A stretch of 63,585 nt of DNA, counting the filler. It is 3 parts of 3 records of this genome, joined end to end, with 100 filler letters (N's around TTAATTAATTAA, not from the genome) between each part and the next. Parts side by side here need not be neighbours in the genome. Positions count along the whole stretch, not along the records: positions 21,476 to 49,552 come from SRR20825019_1460; 2 more parts are not named here. One strand, written 5' to 3'. Positions 31,680-43,292 of the stretch are shown in pieces. Under the pieces are notes generated by a model, which had not been told where the DNA came from, did no database searches, and worked only from the letters and a program-made list of their open reading frames with translations. The position numbers and the translations under genes are program-made. Every line of letters begins with the position of its first letter. Position 1 is the stretch's first letter.

Positions 31680-32302
31680 GGTGATAGCAACGCGTTCAGT
31701 ATGCTTGAGATCTGGGATTGAATCGCCTCAATCTCCCGACTGGCATCAATGATTTTGATTCGTTCCGGTTCTGTCTCAGCACGTTGCAGGTAGCAGTGGC
31801 GAATTTTCTCAAAAAAAACGGCTTTTTCCTGCTCGAAGCGATCTTTCTGCTGCTGACGTTTAACAACGCGGGATTGCCCGACGGCCACCGGCAAATCGAA
31901 TAACAAGGTCAGATCAGTCTGAATACCCTTCAGTGTCCAGTCAGAAATCGTCTGAATCCGGTCGCGTTCAATACCTCGTCCGCCGCCCTGGTAAGCAAAA
32001 GTGGCATCAACAAAACGATCGCACAATACCCAATCGCCTCGCATCAGCGCCGGCTTAATTTTTTGATGGATATGTTCTGCACGGGCGGCAAACATCAGTA
32101 ATAATTCTGTATCTTCACTCATGCCAGCCTGACGCGGTGCCAGCAGTAAGTCCCGGATCTGTTCACCCAATTCAGTCCCGCCCGGTTCACGGCTGACGAC
32201 AACCCGCTTTCCCTTTGCTTCCAGAAAGTCCCGGATAAAATTGATTTGCGTGGATTTACCCGCGCCCTCAATACCTTCTATGCTGATGAATTTTCCGTTC
32301 AT
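31676..32302 (-). CDS. tmk: Thymidylate kinase
   Basis: IEGIEGAGKST, REPGGT, CDRF..YQG. Confidence 0.96.
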   Translation of the reverse strand: MNGKFISIEGIEGAGKSTQINFIRDFLEAKGKRVVVSREPGGTELGEQIRDLLLAPRQAGMSEDTELLLMFAARAEHIHQKIKPALMRGDWVLCDRFVDATFAYQGGGRGIERDRIQTISDWTLKGIQTDLTLLFDLPVAVGQSRVVKRQQQKDRFEQEKAVFFEKIRHCYLQRAETEPERIKIIDASREIEAIQSQISSILNALLSP

Positions 32303-32304
32303 TA

Positions 32305-33312
32305 TTATTTGAGTTGGTAGCGTCTGACTGCCTGGTTATGCTCTTTCAACGTCGCTGAAAACTTATGTCGGCCATCTTCACCGGTGGCAACGAAGTACAG
32401 ACTATCGCCATCAGCCGGATGCAATGCCGCCTCAATTGACTCAACACTGGGCAGACAAATCGGCGATGGTGGTAGTCCACTTCGGGTGTAAGTGTTGTAG
32501 GGTGTATCACCACGTAAATCCTTTCTTCGAAGGTTACCATCAAACTGCTCACCCAAACCATAAATCACGGTAGGATCTGTCTGTAGTCGCATGCCTTTTT
32601 GTAAGCGGCGCACAAAAACGCCGGCTATCTCTGGCCTTTCTTCAGCGATGCCGGTCTCCTTTTCAATGATCGAAGCCATAATTAAGGCTTCGTAGGAGGT
32701 TTCATAGGGTAGATCTTCTGCCCGGTTTGTCCAGGCCTGTGCCAGCGTTTGTTGCATTTGCTGATAGGCACGGTGCAGAAAATCCAGATCAGTGGTTCCT
32801 GACGGGAAATGATAGGTTTCGGGCAGGAACCAGCCTTCGCCGTTTTTATCGGGCGCGCCCAGTTCTGCCATAACATTGTCGAGACTGCCGGTTTCCAGCG
32901 TTTTGACTATTTTGGGGTGGGCATGCAGTGCAGCAATCATTTCCCGGGCAGTCATGCCCTCAATAATTGTGAAAGCATTCATGATCACCTTGCCGGAGAC
33001 CAGTTTTTCCAGAAAGGCAGGCAGCGTTGTTTCTGCTTCAATCTGATACTCACCGGCTTTGATTTTATGTGCCTGGTTGGTGAGGCGGCCGTATATCTGA
33101 AGATAAACAGGAGGCAACTCCGTCAGCCCCAGTTGTCTTAAATTCTCACTAATCGATTTGAGACTACTGCCAGGCGTGACGGTGTAGGTCATATCATTAT
33201 CCAGTGCCAACGGTTCATTAAGAAAACGTTGATATTGCAGGGCCAGATAAGTACAGATAACAGCCACGATTGCGGCAGGTAGCAGCACCTTGAATAACAG
33301 GGTCTTTTTCAT
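32305..33312 (-). CDS. mltG: Endolytic murein transglycosylase
   Basis: ASIIEKET, LQTDPTVIYG, PYNTY..GLPP. Confidence 0.95.
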   Translation of the reverse strand: MKKTLLFKVLLPAAIVAVICTYLALQYQRFLNEPLALDNDMTYTVTPGSSLKSISENLRQLGLTELPPVYLQIYGRLTNQAHKIKAGEYQIEAETTLPAFLEKLVSGKVIMNAFTIIEGMTAREMIAALHAHPKIVKTLETGSLDNVMAELGAPDKNGEGWFLPETYHFPSGTTDLDFLHRAYQQMQQTLAQAWTNRAEDLPYETSYEALIMASIIEKETGIAEERPEIAGVFVRRLQKGMRLQTDPTVIYGLGEQFDGNLRRKDLRGDTPYNTYTRSGLPPSPICLPSVESIEAALHPADGDSLYFVATGEDGRHKFSATLKEHNQAVRRYQLK

Positions 33313-33313
33313 A

Positions 33314-34132
33314 TTAACGTTCAGCTTGTCTCAGCTCGGATTGCAGGCGACGTGTCAGCATGCCATGAGACCAGTGCAGCTCAGGCTCGATGAGTCGGGT
33401 CAGTGGCCAGATTTCAATAATGCTATTGGTTAAGAACGCTTCGTCCGCCGACTGCAGATCAGCGACTGTCATTGCTCGTTCAATCACAGGAATGTCGAGT
33501 TTTGACGCCAGCTTGATGACTTGGCCGCGCATAATGCCGGCAATTCCGTTTTGTTTGATAACGGGTGTGATTAACTGACCGTTATGAACCACGAACAGGT
33601 TACTCATGGTGCCTTCAACGAGGTTGTCGTTGATATCGAGCATCAGGCCTTCTCGGATGCTGTCACCCTCCCATTCACTGCGTGCCAGGACCTGCTCAAG
33701 ACGATTCAGATGTTTGATGCCTGCAAGATCAGGGTTGATACCCAGTCGATGCCGGCAAAGATGCGCCGTGATGCCTTGCTGACACTCATCGGGATAATCT
33801 GGCATGGGATGGGAGGAAATAATGCGAAGTGGTTCAGCCTCAGCAGGCGCTTTGTAGCCGCGGCCGCCACTACCACGGGTCAGTATGATTTTAATCACAC
33901 TGTCTTCTGCCGTTTGGGCACAGAGTGTCGCCAATTCGACCTGCAGCTTGTCTTTGTCTTGAAAGGGAATGGCAAGGCGTTCACAACCCCACATCAGACG
34001 CTGCAGATGCGCCTCCAGGAACTCCAGTTTACCCTGACGGAAAGCCAGCGTTTCAAACAGACCGTCGCCATATTGCAGGCCACGGTCTGTGACAGGGATT
34101 CTGTTATCGGGTTGTCCGTTTATCAGAATCAC
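33314..34132 (-). CDS. pabC: Aminodeoxychorismate lyase
   Basis: DRGLQYGDGLFET, KHLNRLEQVL, EGTMSNLF. Confidence 0.94.
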   Translation of the reverse strand: MILINGQPDNRIPVTDRGLQYGDGLFETLAFRQGKLEFLEAHLQRLMWGCERLAIPFQDKDKLQVELATLCAQTAEDSVIKIILTRGSGGRGYKAPAEAEPLRIISSHPMPDYPDECQQGITAHLCRHRLGINPDLAGIKHLNRLEQVLARSEWEGDSIREGLMLDINDNLVEGTMSNLFVVHNGQLITPVIKQNGIAGIMRGQVIKLASKLDIPVIERAMTVADLQSADEAFLTNSIIEIWPLTRLIEPELHWSHGMLTRRLQSELRQAER

Positions 34133-34149
34133 TGAGCGCTACTCTGGAC

Positions 34150-35391
34150 TCAGCTCAGTTTTTTGAAGATAACTGTACCGTTTGTGCCACCGAAACCAAA
34201 CGAGTTCGACATGGCAACATTGATCGGCATTTGCCTCGCAGTATGGGGTACATAGTCGAGATCACAGGCTTCATCAGGGTTGTCGAGATTAATCGTCGGC
34301 GGTGCGACCTGATCCCGAATGGAGAGAACACTGAATACAGCTTCAACCCCGCCTGCGGCCCCTAACAGGTGACCAATCATTGACTTGGTGGAACTGACGG
34401 CAGTTTTCGCTGCTGAATCACCCAGGGCCTGCTTAATCGCCATGGTTTCTGCCACATCACCGGCTGGTGTCGAGGTGCCATGAGCATTAATGTAATCAAT
34501 TTGTTCAGGGTTGAGCTCAGCATCTTTCATCGCATTTTTCATGCAGCGGGCCGCGCCTTCACCACCCTGAGATGGCATGGTCATGTGGTAAGCATCACTA
34601 CTCATACCGGAACCGACCAGTTCGGCATAGATTGTCGCGCCGCGTTTAACCGCATGTTCATATTCTTCCAGTACCAGAACACCGGCACCATCACCCAGAA
34701 CAAAACCATCACGATCCGTATCCCAGGGGCGGCTTGCCGCTTCAGGAGCATCATTTCGTGTCGACAGCGCGCGTGCTGCGGCAAAACCACCCAGACCTGT
34801 TTTTGAAGTGGCCATTTCCGCACCACCGGCAATCATCACATCGGCTTCACCGTATTGAATCATGCGACCCGCCGCAGAAATGCAGTGGGTACCGGTTGAA
34901 CAGGCGGTAACAATTGCTGTGTTAGGGCCTTTCATGCCATACATAATCGACAGATTACCGGAGATCATGTTGATGATATTACTCGGTACAAAAAATGGGG
35001 AAATTTTGCGCGGGCCGCCGCTCAGATAATTATCGTATCCGGCTTCGATGCCCGGTAAACCACCAATACCCGAGCCGATAACCACACCGATTCGTTCTGC
35101 ATTTTCCTCAGTGACTTCCAAACCTGAGTCTTCGATGGCCTCTTTCGCCGCTGCAATGCCGTAGTGGATAAACGTATCCATTTTTTTAGCATCTTTCTTG
35201 GGAATGACTGTGGTGACATCAAAGTTTTTCACACTGGCGCCGAAACGCACACTGAAATCTGATACATCAAACAGCGTCAGCGGTGCTACACCACTTTTAC
35301 CGGCAACAATATTGTCCCAGCTTTCTTTCACTGTCAGGCCAACAGGAGTGACGGCGCCCAGGCCAGTCACCACAACACGTCTTTTAGACAT
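34150..35391 (-). CDS. fabF: 3-oxoacyl-ACP synthase II
   Basis: [31 protein letters not shown]. Confidence 0.96.
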   Translation of the reverse strand: MSKRRVVVTGLGAVTPVGLTVKESWDNIVAGKSGVAPLTLFDVSDFSVRFGASVKNFDVTTVIPKKDAKKMDTFIHYGIAAAKEAIEDSGLEVTEENAERIGVVIGSGIGGLPGIEAGYDNYLSGGPRKISPFFVPSNIINMISGNLSIMYGMKGPNTAIVTACSTGTHCISAAGRMIQYGEADVMIAGGAEMATSKTGLGGFAAARALSTRNDAPEAASRPWDTDRDGFVLGDGAGVLVLEEYEHAVKRGATIYAELVGSGMSSDAYHMTMPSQGGEGAARCMKNAMKDAELNPEQIDYINAHGTSTPAGDVAETMAIKQALGDSAAKTAVSSTKSMIGHLLGAAGGVEAVFSVLSIRDQVAPPTINLDNPDEACDLDYVPHTARQMPINVAMSNSFGFGGTNGTVIFKKLS

Positions 35392-35551
35392 CAGGATTAC
35401 CCCTCAAAACCTATACTCGCTCAAGATAATATAGTCACATTTCCACCGGGGTGCTGTGTTCAACTTCACCACACAAGGGCTTCAACAAGACATCATGAGA
35501 ATATGAAACGCAGCTATATTATGTTGATAGAGCACTGCTGCTATACACAAC

Positions 35552-35587
35552 ATAGCCGCCTAGCATGCGTGCACACTAGACGGCTAT
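35552..35587 (-). terminator. Stem-loop downstream of acpP
   Basis: ATAGCCGTCTAG..CTAGGCGGCTAT inverted repeat; weak U-tract. Confidence 0.55.
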
Positions 35588-35606
35588 CTTCAAGCCTTCA
35601 GCTATA

Positions 35607-35843
35607 TTAAGACTGGTGAGCGTTAATATATGCAACAGCTTCTTTAACTGTAGTGATTTTCTCAGCTTCTTCGTCTGGGATTTCACATTCGAATGCTTCT
35701 TCCAGTGCCATGACCAGTTCTACGGTGTCCAGAGAGTCAGCGCCCAGGTCATCGATAAATGAAGCGTCTGCAGTGACTTCATCTGCGTTCACACCCAGTT
35801 GCTCAACAACGATTTCTCTTACGCGAGCTTCGATATCACTCAT
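35607..35843 (-). CDS. acpP: Acyl carrier protein
   Basis: [18 protein letters not shown]. Confidence 0.97.
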   Translation of the reverse strand: MSDIEARVREIVVEQLGVNADEVTADASFIDDLGADSLDTVELVMALEEAFECEIPDEEAEKITTVKEAVAYINAHQS

Positions 35844-35984
35844 AACTAATGTTTCCTTTGGTGGTTAATACATCAAACAATGTGCTGGCATTTTATAGTG
35901 CCAGCACCATGGAGACAAGCTAAACGCCGGTATGCGCAACTGTCTCATCAATAAAAATCAGTGCCATCAAACACTTAGCGCCGA

Positions 35985-36731
35985 TCAACTCATATACATA
36001 CCGCCGTTTACATGCAGGGTTTCACCTGTAATGTAAGCGGCACTGGGGCTGGCCAGAAAAGTGACTGCTGCGGCAATTTCTTCAGGTTCACCCAGTCGTT
36101 TAACCGGCACCTGCTCCAGCAGTGCGGTTTTATGTGCTTCCGCCAGGCCACTGGTCATATCGGTGTCAATAAAACCGGGGGCAACCGTATTGACGGTAAT
36201 GCCACGGGCACCGACTTCACGGGCCAATGACTTGCTGAAACCGATCACACCCGCTTTCGCGGCAGCGTAATTCGATTGTCCGGCATTACCCATTGCGCCG
36301 ACAACCGAGGTGATAGTGATGATTCTGCCCCAGCGGGCTTTAGTCATGGCACGCAGGCAGCGCTTGCTAAGCTTAAAGATCGGCGTCAGGTTGGTGTTGA
36401 TGATGTCATCCCACTCTTCGTCTTTCATCCGCATCAGCAGGTTGTCGCGGGTAATGCCGGCGTTATTTACCAGTATATCCGGCGCACCGAATTCAGTTTC
36501 GATGGCTGAGACAACTGCTTCAATCGCATCGGCATCAGTGACATTGAGCATCACACCTTTACCATTAATGCCGGCTTCATTGAGGAAGCTGCTGATAGTC
36601 TCTGCACCGTTTTCAGAAGTGGCAGTACCAACAACTGTAGCGCCCTGCTCACCCAGGCTCAGCGCGATTGCACGACCAATACCACGGGTAGCGCCAGTCA
36701 CCAGCGCAACTTTACCTTCCAGGCTCATCAT
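35985..36731 (-). CDS. fabG: 3-oxoacyl-ACP reductase
   Basis: TGATRGIG, NNAGITRD, YAAAK. Confidence 0.96.
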   Translation of the reverse strand: MMSLEGKVALVTGATRGIGRAIALSLGEQGATVVGTATSENGAETISSFLNEAGINGKGVMLNVTDADAIEAVVSAIETEFGAPDILVNNAGITRDNLLMRMKDEEWDDIINTNLTPIFKLSKRCLRAMTKARWGRIITITSVVGAMGNAGQSNYAAAKAGVIGFSKSLAREVGARGITVNTVAPGFIDTDMTSGLAEAHKTALLEQVPVKRLGEPEEIAAAVTFLASPSAAYITGETLHVNGGMYMS

Positions 36732-37669
36732 CCTTCTCCCAAAGCTTGTTGTAATTTTTCCAGCGTGGCCGGATCAAACAGAGGCAACGCGGTCAGGCTT
36801 TTATCAATACGTTTGTTGAGGCCAGCCAGCACTTTACCGGGACCACTTTCTACCACCGTGTCTACACCCTGCGTAGCAAACCACTGGATAGTTTCAACCC
36901 AGCGAACCGGACTGTAAAGCTGATCTGCGAGCAACTGTTTCAGTTCAGTCGTGTCATTAGCTGCAGTCACACTGGCATTATGAATGACCGGTGTTGAGGG
37001 CATGCGAATCTCAATCTTGTCCAGCTCTGCAGCGAGTTGCTCTGCTGCCGGTTTCATAAGCTCACAATGAGAAGGGACACTGACGGGTAATTGCAGCGCA
37101 CGCTTGGCACCTTTGGCGGTGGCCAGTTCAATGGCCTGTTTGACGGCTGCTGTGCTGCCGGCAATCACAACCTGCCCCGGTGAGTTGAAGTTAACCGCTT
37201 CGACTACACCCTGAGCAGAAGCCTCTGCACACAGGCTACGCACGATATCATCATCAAGTCCCAGGATAGCGGCCATCGCTCCCTCGCCCGCCGGTACTGC
37301 CTGCTGCATAAATTGACCGCGTTTTTCGACCAGTTTAACGGCATCGGCAAAATCCAGCGCCTCGGCGGCAACCAGTGCGGTGTATTCACCCAGGCTGTGG
37401 CCGGAAAAATAGGCTGGTGTAATATCTGAAACAGATTGCCAGACGCGCCACACAGCAACGCCAGCAGTTAACATAGCCGGCTGAGTGCGATCGGTCTGAT
37501 TCAGTTGCGCTTCCGGGCCTTCCGCGACCAGTTGCCACAGATCATAATCAAGGACTGCTGAAGCTTGCTGGAATGTGTCGCCGACAATCGCGAATTCGGC
37601 GGCCAAATCGGCGAGCATGCCAACTGACTGTGAGCCCTGTCCGGGGAAAACGAATGCTGATTTCATCAA
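36728..37669 (-). CDS. fabD: Malonyl-CoA:ACP transacylase
   Basis: FPGQGSQ, GHSLGEY. Confidence 0.96.
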   Translation of the reverse strand: MMKSAFVFPGQGSQSVGMLADLAAEFAIVGDTFQQASAVLDYDLWQLVAEGPEAQLNQTDRTQPAMLTAGVAVWRVWQSVSDITPAYFSGHSLGEYTALVAAEALDFADAVKLVEKRGQFMQQAVPAGEGAMAAILGLDDDIVRSLCAEASAQGVVEAVNFNSPGQVVIAGSTAAVKQAIELATAKGAKRALQLPVSVPSHCELMKPAAEQLAAELDKIEIRMPSTPVIHNASVTAANDTTELKQLLADQLYSPVRWVETIQWFATQGVDTVVESGPGKVLAGLNKRIDKSLTALPLFDPATLEKLQQALGEG

Positions 37670-37684
37670 AAACCCTCTGAATGA

Positions 37685-38647
37685 TCAGTATTTAATCAGT
37701 GCTGAGCCCCAGGTGAATCCACCACCAAAAGCTTCGAATAATAAGGTTTCGCCACGTTTGATCCGGCCGTCACGAACTGCGACATCCAGTGCGAGGGGAA
37801 TTGACGCGGCTGAGGTGTTGCCATGTTCATCAACGGTCACCACGACATGATCCATCGACATGTTCAGTTTACGTGCGGTAGCGGCAATGATACGAATGTT
37901 AGCCTGGTGCGGAATCAGCCAATCGATATCCTTTTTGTCCAGATTATTGGCCTCTAAGGTTTCATCGACAATGGTACTAAGTGTTTTGACGGCAATTTTA
38001 AACACTTCATTGCCCTGCATATCAACGTAGGCGGTGTCTTCGTTAAAATCATTGGACCCCGGTCCGGTAGGGACATGCAATAACTGATTGAAATTGCCGT
38101 CAGAGTGGATATGGGTAGAAAGAACACCGGGTTCTTCCGATGCCTGCAATACCACGGCGCCGGCACCATCACCAAACAACACGCAGGTGTTACGGTCGGT
38201 CCAGTCAATGATACGGGAAAAAGCTTCCGCGCCGATCACCAGCACGTTATTCACGCCGCCGGCTTTAATAAACTTGTCGGCGACGGTCAGTGCATAAACA
38301 AAACCGGTACATACAGCCTGAACATCAAAGGCCGGACAACCACCAATGCCGAGTTTTTCCTGCAACAGTGAAGCAGTGCTGGGAAAAATACGTGTGGGGG
38401 TTGTGGTGGCCACGATGATCATGTCGATATCGTTTTTACTGATGCCGGCCGCTTCCATGGCTTTAAGACTAGCCTGATAAGCGAGGTCTGTCGTTGTCTC
38501 GTCATCAGCAATGATATGACGTTTTTTAATGCCTGTTCTGTCCGTGATCCATTGATCGGTGGTGTCCACCATCTTTTCCAGATCGTGGTTGGTCAGCACT
38601 TTCTCAGGCAAATAGCTGCCAGTACCGGCAATGCGGGAATAAATCAC
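37685..38647 (-). CDS. fabH: 3-oxoacyl-ACP synthase III
   Basis: [21 protein letters not shown]. Confidence 0.96.
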   Translation of the reverse strand: MIYSRIAGTGSYLPEKVLTNHDLEKMVDTTDQWITDRTGIKKRHIIADDETTTDLAYQASLKAMEAAGISKNDIDMIIVATTTPTRIFPSTASLLQEKLGIGGCPAFDVQAVCTGFVYALTVADKFIKAGGVNNVLVIGAEAFSRIIDWTDRNTCVLFGDGAGAVVLQASEEPGVLSTHIHSDGNFNQLLHVPTGPGSNDFNEDTAYVDMQGNEVFKIAVKTLSTIVDETLEANNLDKKDIDWLIPHQANIRIIAATARKLNMSMDHVVVTVDEHGNTSAASIPLALDVAVRDGRIKRGETLLFEAFGGGFTWGSALIKY

Positions 38648-39663
38648 AGCACCTGCCCCTCCAGCAGCACATCGAGATGCTTGCTGATATTTCTGGGTAC
38701 ATCTTTCTTGGCTTCGATGATGGCAATATCAATCGCGTTAGCAAATGCAAAAGCATCTGCTCCGCCATGACTTTTGATGACAATGCCCTGCAAGCCAATC
38801 AGATTGGCGCCGTTGAATGCACGTGGGTCAAGCTCACGCCGGAACTGTTTGAGCACCGGTGAGGCGATAATGGCAGCCAGCTTGGTGAGCCAGTTACGTG
38901 TAAATGCTTCACGCAGATAATGACGAATCATGTGGGCCACGCCTTCACTGGCCTTCAGGGCCACATTACCGACAAAACCATCACAGACAAGTACATCAAC
39001 TTCACCATGATATAGGCCGTCACCTTCTACATAGCCCTGATAGTTGAGATCAGTCTGTTCCAGCAATCGTGACGCTTCTTTAACACGCTCGTTGCCTTTG
39101 ATCTCTTCAGAACCGATGTTGAGCAAACCGACGGTTGGATTCGGCTTGCCATCAACCAGTTCAGCAAGAACTGAACCCATCACGGCAAACTGCACCAGAT
39201 GCGCTGCACTGGAATCGACGTTCGCTCCCAGGTCCAGAACATAAGTATGTCCAGTCATCGTCGGCAAGGCCGATACGATGGCAGGACGTTCGATGCCGGG
39301 CAAAGTTTTAAGGACGAAACGGGCAGTTGCCATCAGTGCACCGGTATTACCGGCACTGACACAGGCCGCGGCCATCCCCTCTTTCACCAGATTGATGGCA
39401 ACCCGCATCGATGAGTCTTTTTTGCCCCGCAGCGCCTGTGACGGCAGATCATCCATTTCCACTTTCTGCGAGGCATGATGAATCTGCATGCGCGGGTCAT
39501 CCAGCACATTATGCTGTTGCAGGTGGTAGGTGAGAGTGTCTTTGTCACCCACGAGGATGAAGTTGACCTCGGGATGTTTTTTCAGCGCTGATAAGGCAGC
39601 GGGGATCACGACCTCAGGTCCGTGATCCCCGCCCATCGCATCAATTGATATCGTCAGGCTCAA
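38644..39663 (-). CDS. plsX: Phosphate acyltransferase
   Basis: [27 protein letters not shown]. Confidence 0.96.
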   Translation of the reverse strand: MSLTISIDAMGGDHGPEVVIPAALSALKKHPEVNFILVGDKDTLTYHLQQHNVLDDPRMQIHHASQKVEMDDLPSQALRGKKDSSMRVAINLVKEGMAAACVSAGNTGALMATARFVLKTLPGIERPAIVSALPTMTGHTYVLDLGANVDSSAAHLVQFAVMGSVLAELVDGKPNPTVGLLNIGSEEIKGNERVKEASRLLEQTDLNYQGYVEGDGLYHGEVDVLVCDGFVGNVALKASEGVAHMIRHYLREAFTRNWLTKLAAIIASPVLKQFRRELDPRAFNGANLIGLQGIVIKSHGGADAFAFANAIDIAIIEAKKDVPRNISKHLDVLLEGQVL

Positions 39664-39677
39664 TGTCTATCCAGGCC

Positions 39678-39857
39678 TTATTCGCTCTTATCCGCAACGA
39701 CTTTACGACCGCGGTAATAACCGTCGGCTGATACGTGGTGACGACGATGCAGTTCACCGGTGGTTGCCTCTACAGACAAGGTTGAACCATTGAGTGCATC
39801 ATGTGAACGGCGCATGCCGCGACGTGAAGCGCTCTTTTTGTTTTTTTGAACAGCCAT
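39678..39857 (-). CDS. rpmF: 50S ribosomal protein L32 (59 aa, Cys-free form; absent from the ORF track)
   Basis: Hand translation [66 protein letters not shown]. Confidence 0.95.
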   Translation of the reverse strand: MAVQKNKKSASRRGMRRSHDALNGSTLSVEATTGELHRRHHVSADGYYRGRKVVADKSE

Positions 39858-39890
39858 TAGTTAACTCCTAAGCCTTAATTTAAATTCAGA

Positions 39891-40415
39891 TCATTTTTTT
39901 GTTTTCAGTTCAGACAGAACTGAAAACGGAGATTTCGGCTTCGCCGGTTTCTCCTCATCTTCTTCATCCCCTGACAACCTGGCCTCATCAGGCAGGCAGT
40001 CATAATCATGCTTTGGCACCAGGGGTAGTGCCAGAATCAATTCATCTTCAACGACTGAAACAGGATCCGTCAGTTCAGTGTCATCAACTACCCAGGGTTC
40101 GTACTGGTCGGACAGTTTCTCAGCCAGCTTTTCATGGCGAACCACACCGAGCAGACTGTCGATTGCCATTGGCAATCTCATTTCCTGCAGGCAACGCTCG
40201 CAACTTAAAGCCAGGGTGGTCTCGAAGTGACCTTCCATAAACGGCGTGCCGGTCTCATCGATATCAAACTGCATCCACACTTTGACCACACCGTCAGTGT
40301 GACGTAAGGATTCAGCCAGCCGCGTCATTTCAGCCAGGTCCACTTCGCCCTTCAGTTCACGCCCGGTATTGGCAAAACGAAACGGATCAATCTCTTTTGG
40401 TAATTGCTGACGCAT
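39891..40415 (-). CDS. yceD: YceD/DUF177 23S rRNA accumulation protein
   Basis: CERCL, EDELILALPLVPKH, SPFSVL; directly upstream of rpmF. Confidence 0.92.
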   Translation of the reverse strand: MRQQLPKEIDPFRFANTGRELKGEVDLAEMTRLAESLRHTDGVVKVWMQFDIDETGTPFMEGHFETTLALSCERCLQEMRLPMAIDSLLGVVRHEKLAEKLSDQYEPWVVDDTELTDPVSVVEDELILALPLVPKHDYDCLPDEARLSGDEEDEEKPAKPKSPFSVLSELKTKK

Positions 40416-40482
40416 AATCGACGGGATTATATAAGAATTGTGACTAAACAGCAAAACGCATCAAAGCAAGCTGCATGCCGCA

Positions 40483-41991
40483 TCAAGCGTTGTTATGCAA
40501 CTCGATGACCGCGTTACCCTTTTCTTTTGATTGTTTATTGGCATCATTACGTAACGCATCGATGTAATACAGATAATTCGCATCAATATCACCGGTAATA
40601 TAATTGCCATCAAAACAAGATGTATCAAAGTATTCCACGTTGCTCTTCTTGTTAATGGCTGAAACCAGATCCGGCAGATCCTGGTAAATCAACCAATCCA
40701 CACCGAGCTCTTTGGCAATCTCTTCGACATTGCGATCATGTGCTACAAATTCGGTGACTGAAGGCATATCGATACCGTAGACATTGGGAAAACGCACCGG
40801 TGGTGCGGCGGATGCCAGATAAACTTTTTTGGCACCTGCGTCCCGGGCCATTTGCACAATTTGTTGTGATGTCGTGCCACGAACGATCGAATCATCGACC
40901 AGCAGTACATTTTTGCCGCGGAACTCCAGATCAATCGCATTCAGCTTCTGCCGAACGGATTTTTTACGCATGGTCTGACCGGGCATAATAAAGGTACGGC
41001 CGATATAACGGTTTTTGATAAAGCCTTCGCGATAAACCACACCCAGATCGTAGGAAAGTTGAAGCGCGGCACTGCGGCTGGTATCCGGAATCGGTATCAC
41101 TACATCGATATCATGGTCCGGATAATCACGTTTGATTTTCTCAGCCAGCTTGGTCCCCATGCGCATCCGGCTTTTATGAACCGAAATACCATCCATCATC
41201 GAGTCCGGACGGGCAAAATAGACGTATTCAAAGATGCAAGGTGATTTAACTGGATTCTGTGCGCATTGATGCGAATGGAAATTGCCTTCGGTGTCGATAA
41301 AGACACACTCACCGGGCTCGACATCACGCACCAATTCAAAGTCCAGAATATCAACCGCGACACTCTCGGATGCCACCATGTATTCAGTACCTTTCGCAGT
41401 TTCCCGCTTACCAATAACGACCGGACGAATACCATAAGGATCACGGAATGCCAGCACACCGACACCAGAAATCATCGCGACAGCGGCATAGGCACCGCGA
41501 CAACGGCGATGCACTTCTTTCACCGCATTAAAAACATCATCAGGCTGGGGTTTGAGCTTGCTGCTGTTCTGCAATTCATGGGCCAGTACATTGAGCAGGA
41601 CTTCTGAATCAGAGTCGGTATTAAGATGACGGCGATCGGTCTGGAATAGTTCTTCTTTGAGAATCTTGGTATTGGTCAGGTTACCGTTATGTGCCAGTGC
41701 AATGCCGAAGGGCGAATTAACATAAAACGGTTGTGATTCAGCGGAACTGGAACAACCTGCTGTGGGATAGCGGATATGGCCAATCCCCATTCTGCCTTTC
41801 AGCCGGATCATGTGACGGGTATGAAACACGTCTTTAACCAGACCGTTATCCTTACGCAGAAAAAACTTACCTTCCTGGTCACAAGTCATGATGCCGGCGG
41901 CATCCTGACCCCGGTGCTGCAACACGGTCAATCCGTCGTATAAGGCCTGGTTAACCTCAGAATGACCTACAATACCAATAATTCCGCACAT
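40483..41991 (-). CDS. purF: Amidophosphoribosyltransferase
   Basis: [28 protein letters not shown]. Confidence 0.97.
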   Translation of the reverse strand: MCGIIGIVGHSEVNQALYDGLTVLQHRGQDAAGIMTCDQEGKFFLRKDNGLVKDVFHTRHMIRLKGRMGIGHIRYPTAGCSSSAESQPFYVNSPFGIALAHNGNLTNTKILKEELFQTDRRHLNTDSDSEVLLNVLAHELQNSSKLKPQPDDVFNAVKEVHRRCRGAYAAVAMISGVGVLAFRDPYGIRPVVIGKRETAKGTEYMVASESVAVDILDFELVRDVEPGECVFIDTEGNFHSHQCAQNPVKSPCIFEYVYFARPDSMMDGISVHKSRMRMGTKLAEKIKRDYPDHDIDVVIPIPDTSRSAALQLSYDLGVVYREGFIKNRYIGRTFIMPGQTMRKKSVRQKLNAIDLEFRGKNVLLVDDSIVRGTTSQQIVQMARDAGAKKVYLASAAPPVRFPNVYGIDMPSVTEFVAHDRNVEEIAKELGVDWLIYQDLPDLVSAINKKSNVEYFDTSCFDGNYITGDIDANYLYYIDALRNDANKQSKEKGNAVIELHNNA

Positions 41992-42009
41992 AAATTGCCC
42001 TGTCAGGAT

Positions 42010-42501
42010 TTAGTTGTAGTTGATGTGTTGTGCAATCTCTGCCGGTAAAAACTCCCGGACCCAGAGTGCCAGTTTCACAAAGTGATCGATAAGCAGTGAG
42101 TTCTGCCACCATGTATCGGCAGGCATGGGTGTCGCACCTGCAGCCAATACCAAAATCGTTATGATCGCGAGTCCCCGCAGTAATCCGAAGACAACGCCCA
42201 GCGATCGGTCTGTGCCGGTCAGGCCGGTTTTCTCAACAACCTGACAGATAACATGGTTAACCAAGGCCCCCAGAATCAACGTCACGGCGAATAAAGTGAA
42301 GAACGCCAGAAACAGCCTGATTGATGGGGTGGAAATGTAATTTGCCAACAGGGTTGATAGATGGGAATGGAACATCAGGGCGACCCAGAATGCCAGGATC
42401 CAACTGATCAGCGAGAGCACCTCTTTCATAAACCCACGGACGATACTAATACCGGCCGAGAGGGCGATGATCCCGATAATCAGGTAATCAACCCAAACCA
42501 T
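42010..42501 (-). CDS. cvpA: Colicin V production protein
   Basis: WVDY..RGFMKE..TDRSLGVVFG; upstream of purF. Confidence 0.93.
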   Translation of the reverse strand: MVWVDYLIIGIIALSAGISIVRGFMKEVLSLISWILAFWVALMFHSHLSTLLANYISTPSIRLFLAFFTLFAVTLILGALVNHVICQVVEKTGLTGTDRSLGVVFGLLRGLAIITILVLAAGATPMPADTWWQNSLLIDHFVKLALWVREFLPAEIAQHINYN

Positions 42502-42608
42502 ATAAACTCCGCAAAACCCTGCGTTTTAAAGTGCGAATTCTAACAGATTGGTCAGCAACAACCCAGCCATTTTTACAGTTATATTGCAGAGATAGTTGAG
42601 ACCACAAA

Positions 42609-43274
42609 TCAGGGATTATGTTGCAGGATTTGAGCATTTAATTTGAGTTTCTGACTCAATGTCTGGGCGGTCTGCTGCAGCTTGATTCGATCAGTAACAG
42701 GCTGCAGTCTGACACGATAGATCAGGGTGCCTGCACTGGAAATCGTCTCGATCATTGGGTCATACCCCATCTGTTTGAGCTGGGATGATAAAGCATCGGC
42801 GTTTTCGCGTACCGAAAAACTGGCCAGTTGCAGCACCCACTTTGGTTCAGCCGTTGAAGATTCTGCAGGCTGACTCTCAAGTTTTTGCTGCTCTGTAACC
42901 GGTTTAGGTTGAGGCGCTGGTGCGGGCTCAGGGGCCGGTGCAGGTTTTGGCTCAGGCTTGGGAGCTGGCTCCGGCTGAATTTCTGGCTCGGCCGGCGCAC
43001 TGCTGGCTTTTTCTGCTTCAGGGATTGGCTGTGACTCAACTTGAGCTTCCGACTGAGACAGACCCTGCGGATCAAGCATCGCCTCTTCAACCGGCTCAAC
43101 TATTTCAACATCTTCAGGAATCGGTTCTATCACAGAATCAAAAGCGATCGGCTCTTCCTGCGGCTGAGCCGGCTGGTTCTGCTCTACTGTATCGAGTAAA
43201 AACCAGGCAATGACACCGATCAGGCAAACCAGTAGTACTGCGCCCAATAAGCGTTGTTGCTGAATCAGTGTCAT
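42609..43274 (-). CDS. dedD: SPOR-domain cell division protein (DedD-like)
   Basis: QRLLGA TM anchor, Pro/Glu linker, WVLQLASFS..NA..YRVR; upstream of cvpA. Confidence 0.8.
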   Translation of the reverse strand: MTLIQQQRLLGAVLLVCLIGVIAWFLLDTVEQNQPAQPQEEPIAFDSVIEPIPEDVEIVEPVEEAMLDPQGLSQSEAQVESQPIPEAEKASSAPAEPEIQPEPAPKPEPKPAPAPEPAPAPQPKPVTEQQKLESQPAESSTAEPKWVLQLASFSVRENADALSSQLKQMGYDPMIETISSAGTLIYRVRLQPVTDRIKLQQTAQTLSQKLKLNAQILQHNP

Positions 43275-43292
43275 TGCCTGCTCCCGAAGTTA

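Noticed and set aside
42880..43030. Repetitive PE/PK/PA coding stretch
   Set aside because: Ordinary proline-rich linker of a SPOR protein
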